Assembly: GCA_964247055.1 (NCBI GenBank)
Contig: OZ176051.1
Span: forward strand, 5,642,001 to 5,706,000
Direction of reading: 5' to 3'
From: Paragordius varius
Lineage: Eukaryota > Animalia > Nematomorpha
Length of the DNA stretch: 64,000 nt
The notes under the pieces are model-generated. The model worked only from the letters and a program-made list of their open reading frames with translations, made no database searches and was not told the origin of the DNA. Made by a program: the position numbers and the translations under genes. How positions within the stretch are numbered: the first letter of the stretch is position 1; every line of letters begins with the position of its first letter. Shown one piece after another: positions 10,396 through 25,500 of the stretch.

Positions 10396-13300
10396 ATGGC
10401 TTATATATCTACTATTAATTCGACCTCTTTGGATACATTATCAAACAATGTTCAATCGGAATCTAAAAATCTAAATGCAGTAAAATATATAACCATACCT
10501 TCAAATCATTTAAATACATCAATGATACCTAATTCAACATCCAACACCGCTGCTTTCATTCCAAAACAAAATATTACAAAGATATTTATACCAAATATTA
10601 AAAACCTTAATAATAACAAACAGAATATAGTTTTTTATAATCCTCAGTCATTAGCAAATAAAAATATGATTGTTTCCAACAATGTCAGGTATATTATTTA
10701 TTATATATATATATAGTTCTGCAACTCCTACCATATTACCTTATAATACCATAAGCAATACCCCTATCCGCAATATAATTATGAATTCAAATAATAATAT
10801 CAAATATGTTAATTGCGAGACCCCACAATCCAACAATAAAGTCTATATTCTCCAAAATGTTAATAAAAATATGACTCCAGTGCAAAATTTAAACAGCAAT
10901 AATAATTACCAAACACCACCATCAAATATCCATAGTAATACTATCAATGGAATCTCACAGTCTAACAACAATTACAGTAGATCCACAAATTTCACCGGAA
11001 GCGGATACAATGATAAATTTTCACAACAGCATTTGGGAGGAAAAAAATCACTTTACCCAACAATATCTTCCCGTGGTAGCAGCAATGTTGCTGTTAATAC
11101 TTTGTTGCCAAATCAACTTCAATCCTCCCATCATCATAGTAGCATTAGTAGTGGTGAACGGGCCAGTAAAGGATTACGCCATTTTTCCATGAAAGTTTGT
11201 GAAAAGGTTCACCGGAAAAGAGTTACGACTTACAATGAGGTGGCAGACGAATTAGTTGCTGAATATGCGCTATCGTCTGTTTTCTCATCCACTTCATATC
11301 AGGCGGGGAACGCGACTGGAAGCAGCCCATTTATCGATCCTTTCGGTACGCAAGTTTTTTTAAAATTAATTAGGTTAGCACACTTTATAAAAAGTTTTAT
11401 TAATGAGTTTTGACAATTTTTTGTTTATTTTAATCAAATATTGCCAGATATTACGGCAAAGGTAATTATTTTTGGCTAATAGCAATAAAAAAGGAAACGA
11501 TATTGAACCTACTATATCTCTCTTTATATGTGATGATGGAAAAATTGGCGATTTATTTTTACTACTGTGATATGCAACTATTTTTTTGCTCATTTCATTT
11601 TTGTAGAATATATTTTTTGTTTTTTTTGTCATTAAAAATTTTTAAAGGGCTTATATGAGAAATTTGTTATAATCACCGCGCACATACATTAAATTATTAT
11701 ATAATTTGCATTAGTTGTCAATTGCCACAAAATACTGTGAGATTAATGAATGATTTCATGGTTAAAAAAGTATGCTAAATATGTAAGTAGATACAATAGA
11801 AAGGATTCATCAAGGGTGTTATATGATTTATTAATCTTACTGTGGCACCAAATGCATAACATTTTCAAATCAAGCAATAGTTTACGCAACATTATTTACT
11901 TTAACCTTTTTCACAAATATTTGGTATAATCTGTTAATGTTTAATGAAAATTATCTGTCACACAGATTCCTTTAATGGTATGACAACTTTTGATCATAAA
12001 AATATTCGAAGACGAGTCTACGATGCACTCAATGTGTTAATGGCCATGAACATTATAAGTAAGGAGAAAAAGGAAATACGTTGGATAGGTCTACCCATAA
12101 ATTCACAACAAGAATCGGCTACACTTTTGGTATTCTGACTTTTAGTTTGTACCAAAATACTTTTTCACATAGCAAATTAATTTTTAAGATTCCTAATTTA
12201 TGTAATGAGTTTTTTTGTACGCTTTATGAAATATATAGATTTGTTGAGGAGTTTTATATTATTTATTAAATATTTTATTTTTTACAATATTATATTCGAA
12301 TCCCATATTTTATATTTTAGAGAGAAAAAGAACAACGGTTAGCCAGAATCAAAGAAAAGCAAACTGAATTGAACAAATTAATTTTAAAAGTACATTTTTA
12401 ATTACTGGAAAACTGTCCGCTTTTTTATTTGTTAGGTTTTTGAACAATAAAAAACATTAGTGGGTAAAAACTGTAAAAACAAGAGACTCAATCAAAAAAT
12501 CTTACAAATAATATTTTTGTCATAAAAATGTATAAATACATGTCTTAAAAGTGGAATACTTTAAATAAGCATTTTTGGGATTATTACCTTTGTGCCGAAA
12601 AAAGAATATGCGCAAAATATTTTCGAAAAAGGGCAATATGTTATTTAAATTATTTCGCATGAAAAGAGGTTTTAATGTTGTTTACGCAATTTTTCCTTAT
12701 TGTGCTCTCGTACATATTGTAGCAAATCGCTTTGAAAACGCTCATTCAACGCAATAAACTTTCGGAGAAGGGAATCACACTAAACTCAAAATCCCAAAAT
12801 GAAACCGTAATGCAAAACAAAAATGATTCTTTAGACAGCAATTCCAATATGGCACTTGTTTCACACAAAGGTGGTAAGGGAATATCATCTCAACAACCAT
12901 CATTATCACTCCCTTTTATACTAATTAATACAGATAAATCTACTGTGATTGATTGCAGTATTTCCAATGATAAGTAAGTTATATGCATAATGATTGAGAT
13001 AGGATAGAAAATCTTATGCTATTTTAGAATTCGGGAAGTCTTATCGAAAATAAGCTTTTTTTGCTTTAATCATTGTCCATATTTGTCATTAACTTAATGT
13101 AGAATCACATTCGAAAAATTGTGCCAATTATTTTTATATTTATTATAATACTTTTACTAACCCAATTTCAATTTGTATCCATTTTACAATGACCCTTATT
13201 CTGTTATGCATACTTTTTGGATTTAACCTAAATTTGCATTTATAGGTGTGAATATTACTTTAATTTTAACCGTGAGTTTGAGGTACTGGACGATTACCAA

Positions 13301-15481
13301 ATCATGAAAAAATTGGGGCTTACCTACGGCCTTAATGATGAGGCTATCTCTTCATTACAAAAATATGAACGAGGAAAGTTTGTTGTTTCACCCAAAGTTG
13401 AACAAATTATAGATCCGGCGACACTCAATAACCTATTGGCAAATGTACCATTATCCCTTCAACCATATGTTAAAGGTTTTTTTTTCATTTCATTTGTTTT
13501 GCACACAAAACTATTTTTTTATTTAGTTTGTTGGGCAATCTTTATAGCTTTGTAATTTTTTAAACTTATTTTGTAAGGGTATTTTAAAAGATTATTAGAA
13601 TAGACAAGTGCTGGTATTTTGCTTCAACGCCTTTTTAAAGACGATTTTTTGATAATCTTAATTTTGAAAACCAACTACTGTAAGCTACTTTATTATATTT
13701 AATATAATTAAAATACTCACAAAAAATTGGCTTTTTGTTTAGAAATGGCAGGTTATGGAGATCGCTCGCCTGAAAACTTACAGGGTCCGTTGTGTTCACA
13801 AATTAGCGTTTTAAAGTAATTTTTTTCAGTTTATGTTAATTTATATTTATACAGATGTTATGAAAATTAACAGTCTATTTAAACAAAAACAATATAAATT
13901 TTATCCATATACTACTAATATATAGGCATTTAATTGGTCTTTGACCAAAATTCAGTAATACGGTGTATAAATTAGACGATATGGTTTTATTTTCGTTTAC
14001 TGGATCACCCCATTTATAAATTAATTCGATCATTTTGCAAAAAATAAATTTATGTTAAATTTTGTTTCAATATCATTTAAATTATGTATATGTGGTAAAT
14101 CAATTAGTAAATTTTAATTTATTGTTATAATAATTTGTTTCTTGATAGTCAACGTAATAACGGTATATTTTCATCACTTCAACCATCATCGGGTATTGAA
14201 ATGCCGTCCACATCTTTCTCTACACTGAATTTTACCAGCAATAATAATAGTATAAATACTAGCTACAATAATTCAAACAGTTTTTCAGCCCTGTTAAATG
14301 ACACAGTTTTTTCCAATACAAATGTTCAATCTCATAATGATGGCAAAAATAGCACAAATTATATTCATCACGTTAAAACGGAGTTTATTGATAATAACAA
14401 TATAAATACAGCAAATACAACGGAGTTAAATTATCAAAATTTGACGTTTAACAACAATATAAATGTTGCACCTAAAAATGTCAGTTTTCCTAATGCACAA
14501 TCAAATCATTCAAATAGTTTGCCTAATTCCACAATAAATAATGCAAAATCTTTGCCTCCCACATCTTTAGCCACTTTGCAATTCAATAATTTGTTGTCAC
14601 AGAGAGCATTGCAAATACAAAAGTAATTATTTCTCCGTAAAATATTTATCATTAAACAAATGAAATAATAAAATTAAAACAATTTATCCATTGAAAAAGA
14701 AGATAACATGTATCGAAAATTGTAGTTATAGTTTAATTTATTATTTACAAGCAGATTTTAAAATCTCGTTAACAAGATTAAAAGTAATTACTTTTTAAAG
14801 TGTTTTATGTTTTAATTGGATTCTGCCTAAAGCTTTGATTACAGTCGGAGTTTTAGTAGTTTAAAAACGTCTGACCGTTTAATGCACTTATTACAATAAT
14901 GCACTAAAGTGAAATCAAATAAAAAACAAATTAGCCTCTAAGATGCTAAAATTTAAATTATACAAGGTTTACATTTTCGAATATCTTTCATTATTAATAG
15001 ACTTTTTACTATGTTTGATCATTTGTTCATATATTTGACTAGTTTTTTGAAAAACGGTCACAAAGTTTATTAATGCACTTTACCCATACAGGCCAAACCT
15101 TTATTGTTATATTCATTGACAACTAAGAGGTGATTCGCATAATTAAAAAATAAAAATTTATTTTATAATGTTAACTCTTTTGGAAAGAATTAGCTTTTTA
15201 TATCGCATTTATATTCAAAAACAATTAGATTTAATTCCTTTTGCATTGTGATGTTTAGAAAAGTTCGAGTTGAATTACTTCACAATAGCACCAATAAGCC
15301 AGAAAATCAAAATTTTAGCGATAAAGAAAATATCCAACATAATTATAGAAAAAATATTGATAATGTTGTCAGTGGTATTTGTGCAAATCGTGATCGTATA
15401 TCATCGACATCAACTTCCGATATTTTTTCTTCTGAAGATTCTATGCAAAGCAGCAATTCACAATCGACAAATTCTTATTAA
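10396..15481 (+). CDS. TFDP1: Transcription factor DP (E2F dimerisation partner), ~801 aa, 9 exons
   Basis: Exons 10396-10688, 10717-11345, 11966-12129, 12321-12389, 12723-12973, 13246-13475, 13743-13815, 14149-14622, 15259-15481 (2406 nt, phases consistent). Motifs [82 protein letters not shown] and LQPYVKEMA. The last two exons are less certain. Confidence 0.92.
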
Positions 15482-16942
15482 AAATTATTCTTTAATTTAA
15501 CTCTCATTAAAAATGCCATCCATTTATTTATAACATATTAAAATTCGAAAAGATATAGGGCAGAAAATATATAAAGTAAAAATATAAAATTATTTATAAT
15601 GAGTTACAAAAAAAGATGCATTTTTTTGGATATCATTTTGTTCGATTTGAGATTAGCTCTTAATCACAAACTTATATTTTTGCTTTATATATATAGCCTT
15701 ATCTTTTCGAATTTTACTGTAATTTTCATATTAAATATAATATATATAATTTTATTTGCTGTGTGTTTACGAAGTTTACTATGTCATCAATCAAGAAAAG
15801 ATAAATTTCATAACTTTTAAGCCGTATGTTCAGTAATAACCTCTGTAAGGCAAAATAATCTTTTAAAAAAGATTTGTTCGAATATTTGTGATACATTAAT
15901 CAATGTATGTTAAAATAGGACAGGGTTCGCTTGAAGGGTTCTTAGTATTTTCAATTATTATAAAATACATTTTTTTCTTATAAAAAACCATGTTTTAATC
16001 ATCTGTTGTTAAGTATAAAATTTTGATTGAAATGGATAATTTAATGCAAACGAAAATAATGGTTCGAAAATATTTTTTACATAACATATGATCTTCATAT
16101 CAAGTATTAATATTTCATTGTTAATATTATTCGACATTTGTAATAATTTATATTATAATTTTAATTTTAAAATTGATGTTATATTATTATGTATTAACAA
16201 AAATATGTTAGATATAAAACACATTTTACAAATATATATGATATATCTTTTGACCATTATTCGATGGTCGTTAATTACGAATTTACATTTTCGATTTATA
16301 AAATAGTGTAAAAACTTATATATACAGATACAAATAAATCTTCTAATAAATTTTTTATATTATTTCTGGTTATTTTATATCAATATAAACTAATAAATTT
16401 AAGTTGGTTAATATTTTAGTATCCATTTTAATTAAATTAATTGTCAGAAAAGCAAATTAACACTTATTATATGTTTTTGATGAAAAAACTTTCAAATGTT
16501 TAATTTTTTTACTTTAAAAGTTAACTCTTAACTTCCATGGAAACAATTTAATTTGCTTTAAATTGTTAATTATATCCTCTTTCAATTCACAGTAAAAATT
16601 AAAATTATACGGAGAAATATGTAAAAATATTAAGACTCTTTGCAACGGACAAAATCATACTTTTTAAAAACTTAATTTTTCCTATGTAAACTATTAAATT
16701 GTGTTACCAATATACATCTCTATTCCATTATTTGCAAAACAATGAGTTTTATTTAAATAAATCAAGATTTAAAAAGTGTGATTGTCTTTTCGAAAAAATA
16801 TTTGTCTTTATATATTGTCAGTATAATTTCAATTTTTACTTTGCTAATTTATTTAATAAATATAAAACAATATAGCAAAAAGTAATACAAGATTTGATAT
16901 AGATTGACATAAAACCCGGTTTTTCATAACTAGAATCTAACT

Positions 16943-18995
16943 CAATGATACTCAAACCGCGGGCCGCATGCGGCCCTAAGAGTGCTTTAAAATTGCCCTA
17001 TGACCATATCATACTTAAATTATTTTTTTTATTGATGTATTTTTAAAATACACTAAACGAATTTTAGCTCATTTTAATGTTAATTTATTTCATTTAGATT
17101 TAATTTCGATAATTTTTATTTTTTACCCAAATTTAATTTTAGGAAAATTTCTTTACATTAAAATGATTTCAAAACTTGGCACGTTGTTTCTGTTTCAGAA
17201 CTATTTACTTTTCTATTTTGAAATTTTTATTACATTCCTTTTTTGTATTTAATCAAGTCTTTCACTCAAACTTGCATATATATAATTTTAATATCTGCAT
17301 CATTTTTATAACTCATTTCCATAAAATATTTTTCAAATCAATAGCATAATTCAAATTATATTCATTTTTTGTAAAAATTTACATAATATTTAACCATAAA
17401 TTCAAAGGATGACATCTAATGCTAAAAATAGTAAATTATCCGATAAAAATCGCTCCTTTAAAAAAGAATGGGAAGAAAAATTCTTTATCGTTTTAATAAA
17501 AGTGCTCGACTCATTGAAGATATGTCTAAATATTTTTTTAACATTACATTATTGACTCTGAAAAACTGCAAATATTTTAGTATTGCTATTGATTTTAGCA
17601 CTGATATTAGTTATCTCAATGTGCGCTCTTCGTGAGATTATGCAACGACAAAATCAACGAGGAATATTAAATTTTTTTACCAATGAATAATACCACGAAA
17701 GGAAGTGATTTTATCGAAATAATTAGCACTTTTTTCGAAATGGTATATTTATAGAAAAAATAGTTTCTATCTGCACGATGGCTTACCCTCTATGATTGGA
17801 AACAACAAAGGATTTATTCATCTTTTGAAACAAATATAATTTGCAAAATATTTTATCCTTTCACTGCTTTAATTATCAGCAAAACTTGGTTTCACTAAAA
17901 GATGAATTCCTCAATTCAGTAGTTAAAACGATTGTGGATATAGTTAACCATACACGTGGCAGAGATCCGCCGTATATTCAAAACCTTCTGAGAGATATCC
18001 ACAGTGAGTTTGAGATATTCTTCTGTACACCAGAGATGGCTAAGCTTTAGCAAAGTTTTATATAGTTTTGTTTTATGACATAAAATTACGAGTAATAGTG
18101 ACAAATGGTGGGTTTTATTAGCCTAACTTTGTGGCACTTAAAAACTTAGTAATTATAATACAAGTCCAAGGGAGCAAACCCAATTTGCTAATCAATATTT
18201 TCTTAAAGAAAAATTAATAATACATAAACAAGATTTTATGACTAAAACACTCCTATATTTTCCAACACTTAAAACGATTCATGTGGAAAATATGGAATTT
18301 ACCATGGAGATTAATTTAATAATAGACAAATCATTTAACATTTTTATCTAATGTGGTGAAATTCAGATTTAGAAATATTTGAAATTGCTTAAACTCATTG
18401 AGAATCCATGGCATATGGATATATCCAATATTAAGCAGCTTGAGCATTTCGTTTTTGACCAGGGGCATATCATTGAAGAATTCGTAGATTAAAATGATCC
18501 CAATTTGGAGACTATATTCCAGGGAATCGTGAAGAAAGATATGTGGAGTTTTGGCAAGATGTGCCAAATAAATATGAAAATATAAAAAATGGTGATCAAG
18601 TTATCTTAACTGTTTTTCCTTCAACTTACGTGTGTGAGACGGCATATTCAATAATGAAGTACGACAAGAATTAGAGTCGCTTAACCGTTGATCATAAAGA
18701 TGACGTATTAAGATTGGCATGTCATGAGGCGAAACCAAATTTGTCAAAAATTATTGGTTAATATTAAAATAATGTTGTTTTTAAAATATTTTTATTTTTC
18801 ATACTAAATGGTGCAAAACGAGTTTTTAGCTGGATTTACATCCGATCCGCAAAAAATTGATTGTGCTGATTTAGAGTTTAAATATGTGCATATGTGTCAA
18901 ATAGCTATGGAATATTTGCCATGATAAGGTTCATGGCCCTCGAAAAAAAAATATATTTTATTTGGCCCGTCAATTTTTTTTGGTGAGTATCACTG
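16943..18995 (+). mobile_element. Defective hAT (Buster/SPIN/GTF2IRD2-like) transposon, internally deleted copy
   Basis: TIRs CAATGATACTCA and TGAGTATCACTG. Perfect 8-bp TSD ATCTAACT at 16935-16942 and 18996-19003. GC-rich left subterminal GCGGGCCGCATGCGGCCC. Broken transposase. Colinear with 47854-50280. Confidence 0.95.
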
Positions 18996-19517
18996 ATCTA
19001 ACTTATGGAACATATATTGATATAGGTATTGATATAAAAAGTTATATTAAATGACATTTATTAATTATAAAAGATGACATTGGACGAGTTGTACAAGAGT
19101 ACGGACAGAATGACACATAATGTATATAAATATAGATTTTACTTAATAAAAAGTATAAAATTGACTTTGGTCATATAAAGCACAGGTTAATATTGCACTA
19201 TAAACTTACATGGTGATAAATAAAAATGATTTTGGAATGTTATGTTTTATATTGTAAAATATTTAATATTACTAACATTTGGTATAAAATAATGTAATTT
19301 ACTATTCTTGTAAGATAATATATTTTGTTTTTAGTAAAATCAAGCTAATAATAATTAAAATAATTAAGAATATATATTTAATTAGATAAGGTCGAATATA
19401 TTCCTTAAAATCGTTGATAACAAAGCAATATTCTTTTTACACAACTTTCAAATCACAAATGATTACAGACAATTTTGGCCCATCCATATAACATGATAAA
19501 TATTTCAAAAAAACCAA

Positions 19518-22500
19518 TTAAGAGTACTGATATTTATAAAAAGGGCCTTGTTGTTGTTGAGTTAATGGTAATAAATCGTCATCGGCGTAATCAGACAGGG
19601 CTGTATATTCTATTATATCGTTAGTATCACCTAATAAACCAACATTCGGTACATTCAATATTGGATAATTATTTTGTTTTAGGTGCGATGGGCCAATCAT
19701 AGATACCAGAGGGTGAGGTTTGATTTGTAATTTTGCGTTTTGCTGTACAAGATTTTGTATGGGAAGGGAGGAAACTACTGGTAAATGAACACCTGAATGT
19801 TCATTTACATGAGCCACTGCTATGACCTGTATATACGTGTAAAAATAAAAGTAAAAGAAGTTTTTATTCAGTGTTTCATAATGTTATAGTATGAATTTCG
19901 TAGTATATAGTGAGGTTAAGGATACCAAATTGTGGTATTTGATAAAAAGTTATGATGACTTGTATTAAAAAGTATTTTCAGAAATATAGCGATATTTGAC
20001 ATTAATCTTAAGGTACAATCTAAATATGTTAGTGTATTATAAAACTACTTATTCACAACCACATAAATCTTATCTTTAATCAAAATAATGTCCCAAAGAT
20101 TAGGAATTTGCCGATTGTTGAGTATTTCTTCCCCCTAATTTTTGAAATAAAAAAATGTTCTAAAAATTTGATTTTAAAAATACATACTTTCACGGGGACG
20201 TGTCCCCGTTTAACCGTTTTCGCACAGTAAAAAAGATCCCTCCCGTGACTACAATTCACACCTTTATGCAGGTGAGAGATGATAGAGATAAGACCTAAGC
20301 CAAAAATCAACAAGCCAAGTATCAAAATAATCCAGGCCCAAGTTAATTCTCTGTGTGCCCTTCGTCCATTTTCCGAGGGGGCTGATGACATTAGGGGATA
20401 ATTCTTTGAAGAAGAATCCTTTAGAGAATTTGTAGTACCACTTACAAGTTCTGAACTCCTAACATTTTTATCCATGTTGTGTTCATCACCATCATCATTA
20501 TAATAAGTGTCCGTACCCTTTATTAAGGATGAGGATGGTTGAGAAGGCGTTGTTACATTTATCGCACTAAATCCATATTTTCGATCCAGTTTTATGAAAC
20601 ACAAAGCAGGTAGAATAAAAGCCAATGGGACGGCTGCTATGACACCCTATACACGAATTTTATACATTGTAATTTAATGAGGAAAACAAATTTTCCCACA
20701 TAATATATTAAATAAAAATTCAAAGAAAATTGTGAAAAGTTAGCATAAAACGTTAATAATATAGAGTATTTTCAAATAGTTTATCTATAAAAAGATTAAT
20801 TACTATATTCGACTCATTTTTACTATAACATAATACTGTATCGACTTAAATTTATCTGCTAAACTTACAAATACATATATTTTTAAGTTAATTTGTGTAA
20901 CAAATTAAAGAAGTATGCATACATTAATTTCCAAAACTATCCCGAGGCAATCAGTCGTAAATGAGAAAATCATGGCTAAAGCGACCAACAAAATGGTTAT
21001 AAGTGTATGCCTTTTCACAGAATACGTATTGTATGGGAAAAATATGCGTTCAACAACCTTGTGTATATATTGATAGGTAAAATAAAATTTAATACAAGAG
21101 AAAATACAGTAGGGTCCCTTTATAGAAGCCCCTAATCGTAAAAAATGACTCATTATCGGCATCTAGAATTCTTTTTTAAACAAATGAAAACTAAACTTTG
21201 TTGCCCAAATATCAATTGTTAGTGTAGAAGAGCTATCAATTACTTATTGGTGCTATATGCTTTGTAATATCCACAAATTAATTAGTTTTTAGTAGAAACA
21301 ATTTTTGACAATATAATTAATAAGGACCTTATTCATTTATTATGGTTAAATTAAATATAGTTAAATACTACTAGACGATGTTTATTTAAAAAGCTTACTT
21401 AATAGAAGGACTACAAATAAAAAATTAGTATAAACTAAATAAAATTGAAAAAATATCAAAAAATGGTACCTCACGGCAAACGAAGCATTCAATGGGATAC
21501 GTCAACATTATGGTGAATGTGAAAATTAATCGAGTAACATTTATCATATCATCGTGTCGACAAAAGTTTTCCAGAATATCTCCTAAATAGGAAATTAATA
21601 TTTAAAAATTAAAAAAAACTTATGCTAAATAGTAAACCAAAGGGTGTCTTTTAAATATAATTTTTTTAATATTCACTGTAAAACGTTGTATAAATGACAT
21701 GTTTGTTAAAATCAACAAATTGTATGATTATTCTTTTATAGTTTTAAAAAAATTTACATATTTTTGGATCAAATATTTTTTCATACGCATATAAATGTGG
21801 ATTTTATTTTGTTGAATCACATAGACTAACTTACTGCCTATAGTCAAACTTCCAATTGTTTATCATTTAGAAATTTTTTTAATTCGGTTAATATATATTC
21901 ATATTTTATAATAAACTACAGTTACGTATAATATATATAGTGATTTCATCACAAAAAAAAGACAACCTAAATGAAATTACAATTTCGACCGACCAGAAAA
22001 ACCTTACATTAAAATTCATGTTAATTAATTAAAAATATAAGTAAGCTATCCTTATTAATAGTCAACGATAAATGACAAAAAATTATATATATATATATAT
22101 ATATATAAATAGACATTTTCCAAAAACATGGGTTGAAAAAAAACAAAAAAATAAATTAATTTTTACACTTAAAATAATTAAATGTCATTAAATATTGTTT
22201 GTTTTAAAACACATAGGAAAATGCTTAAAAGACATATAAGCAAGGAAGGTGTGTATATTTCTGCACTCTTAAAGTTTTTATTTTATAGACACATCTAATT
22301 TCTCCCTTTTTCTAAAAAATCGATATTACTTATGAAATTATATATTCCATACATACACCGTTATGCAAAAAAGGGGTATACAAGGGGGTTGTATAATGAA
22401 TGGAAAAAAAGGCACATTAATAATTTATTTAATATCTTAATATTCTAATTTGGATTTTCCCCTCTAATTTGTGCAAAGAAAATATTGATCATTTACTTAC

Positions 22501-25500
22501 TTTAGCAAACAAACTAACTAAAAAAGCGAAAAAAGGGAAATTAATAGCTTTTTCCTCATGACTCTTAGCTAAAAATGACATATAATTATGTCAGCGTGGA
22601 AAAAAATAAAGTTGCTTGGTTATAAAGTAAACCTAAAAATCTTTCGAATTTTATATCATTTACAGTTCAAATTCACCCTTAAACAATTCAAATTCACCCT
22701 AAAAACAAATTATGTGTTTTTGAACTAATATAACTTATTATTTATATGAAATAAATCTTTATAGCATAGCTTATTATTTTTTCAGTATTATTTTAATTTA
22801 AAACAAAATTTTATTTTTTAACAATATATAAAAATATAGGTATTTCATCATAAAAAACATATAATTTAGAGGGTGAATTTGAATTGAAGGGTGAATTTAA
22901 ATTTTTTAAGCGTGAATGAATTATAAATGGTTTATCAAAATACGGTGCTATTTACCACTACGTTTGAAAAATAAAAAGTATTGTATATAGGAAAATAGCT
23001 CAAAAACTAAATATTTTGTAATACCCTCAGTATATCCAGTAAAAATGACGTAACCAATTACACCAAACACTAGAGTTACGATTGCTGAAACTAAGACACT
23101 CAAATGGGTAACCATATTCCAACGTGATTGAGTTGCATTGTATAGTGAATCATACAGCAAGAATGAATTATGGTGACACATAAAGGCTAAATGCAAGAAC
23201 AAAAACATGATTAAAAATTTTTTTTGAAAAAAGGGTAATCCAGAGATTACAAAAATATTTTAAGGCATAAGGTAGTACTCAACAAGCAAATTTTAAAAGA
23301 CGCCCAACATAATATTTTTCTTACGTATAATACTCATATTAATGCTATGTTACGCATTTTCACGTATTTAAATTCAATATAAGTACTTCAGGATTATAAA
23401 TAAGCTCTTTTGCAATAAGAGTATAACTGTTTTAGAGTATTAACAAATTCCATATTCAATTTAAAGTTTGATAAAGAATGAACTAATGTAAAGTTTTTCC
23501 ATAATTTGTACTTTTGGAATTTTTATGCCTTTGTTATCGAAACTATGAGGAGATAAAAAGCTTAACCACTCAATAGTATTTAATGTTTAATTTATATGCA
23601 ATCAATCTTCGAAATAATTTATTTGCATATCAAATTATATTCGTTTGTTCATATCCAAAAAATATATATTTTGGCCTAATTAAGCTTTTGAATCAAAATA
23701 ATTACCTAATATACCCAATATTTAACTCAATAAACACAGGTATTTTGTAGCCCTTACCATTAAAAAGGTTATTTCCGAGAATAAAATGTCGATTTCCTAC
23801 ATTTATAAAATTGGATACGAACCTTAATCGAAAATGTAAAGATCAAAGAGATTTTAAAATATAAAAAATGGATTTTAAATAAATAACTCTATTAAATAAA
23901 CCACTAATAGCCAAGCATGTCATATAAAAATTAAATTTTATTTGTTCTTTCGTTATTCTGGTGTGTCGCACAACATCATACATACAATTGGGATTTAATT
24001 TTCCAAAATGTCACTTTAAATATTATTATTTAAAAACGAAAGTCAAAACCATTAAACTGTGGAAAAGTTAGTCAAACATTTCTGTGTAAAAGGCTTACCT
24101 ATGAAAAAAATTTATGCCAGAATGTATATGTATTAAAACGTTAAAATCTTTAATATATATGATTTTAACATGTTGATGTCATTTTTTAAAATTTTATCAT
24201 ATCCTAACTTACAAATGAAAACTCTGATAGAAAAATGGATTATCAAAAATCAAAAATGTCTTTTAGTTAAAGATTAAAAAACGATTAAATTTGATTAATG
24301 GTTAAAATTATGTTTTTTTTTCAAAAAGGCAAAAAAAAGCTAAAACTAATAAAATCGATATAAGGCGAAATTTAATCTTTTGACAACAAACTCTACCATA
24401 GTATTATTAATATATCCATAAATCTTTTTTTGAAAAGAGTTTAAAATATTTTGAAAAAAAAATACGGGATTCTCAAAACAGAAACCATAAAAAATCAATA
24501 AATAAAGAATGAAAAAAATTAATAAGTAATTAAACATGACAATTTTAGCATGATAACACAAAAATATGATAAAATCAATCTTATTTTTCAAAACCAATAT
24601 TTTGCCCCAAACAGGTAAAAAATTAATAATGATTTTATTAAATGTAATATGCGTGTTCCTTTAATCTATACTATCCTATACTCCTACATACAACATTAAT
24701 TTTTAATTAAGGGGGGAGGTATAATTAATTGCTTCTTTAATTTCCTTTAATTAATATTCCTTATGTAACAAACATCATCATGTCATTTAAACTAATCCCT
24801 TTCTATATTTCAATTATATTTAACAATATGCATGCATTGTATTTTGGGTGTAGTATTAATTTAAAAAATGAAATATGTTTCTGAAGAAACTTAGAAATTA
24901 ACGATAAATACATGAAATTTGTATTTATAAACAAACACATTTAAAAAATTTCTATTGTACAAAGTTGTTGCTTAAATTAAACAAAAGTAAGAAAAATTAC
25001 TCATTTTAATTTTATCGCCCTGCACCAATTAAAGGACCTTTAAGTCAATAATATGGCTTTTTTAACTTTCAATTTATTTTATGCGCAAAAAACATCCAGA
25101 TTTGAGGAGTAACCTACATTTAGTTTTTTAGTTTAAAATACAATTTCCCTTTATATATTAGTAAGTGTTAAACATAAAGACTAACATTTGTTAAAAGGTA
25201 TCTAATTATTATTGATTTTCATCCAATTCATTAAACAATCATTAATAATTCTATATATTTATTAACAAAATTTATAATATCGCTCTAAATTGATATGTAT
25301 GTTGTGTAAAATGGCTCTATAAAAGAGAAGTTATTAAAAGGAAAATTTTTGTTCCCAATTTTCGTAAATGTTATTTAAATAAAAACTAACCAAAAACCAT
25401 AATCCCAATCGATGATAATATGCCGGAATGTGAAAAAGTCCACGCATCTGGTGTCGCTGGTCTAAAAAAATAAAATTTGGGAAATATAAAAATATTTGAT

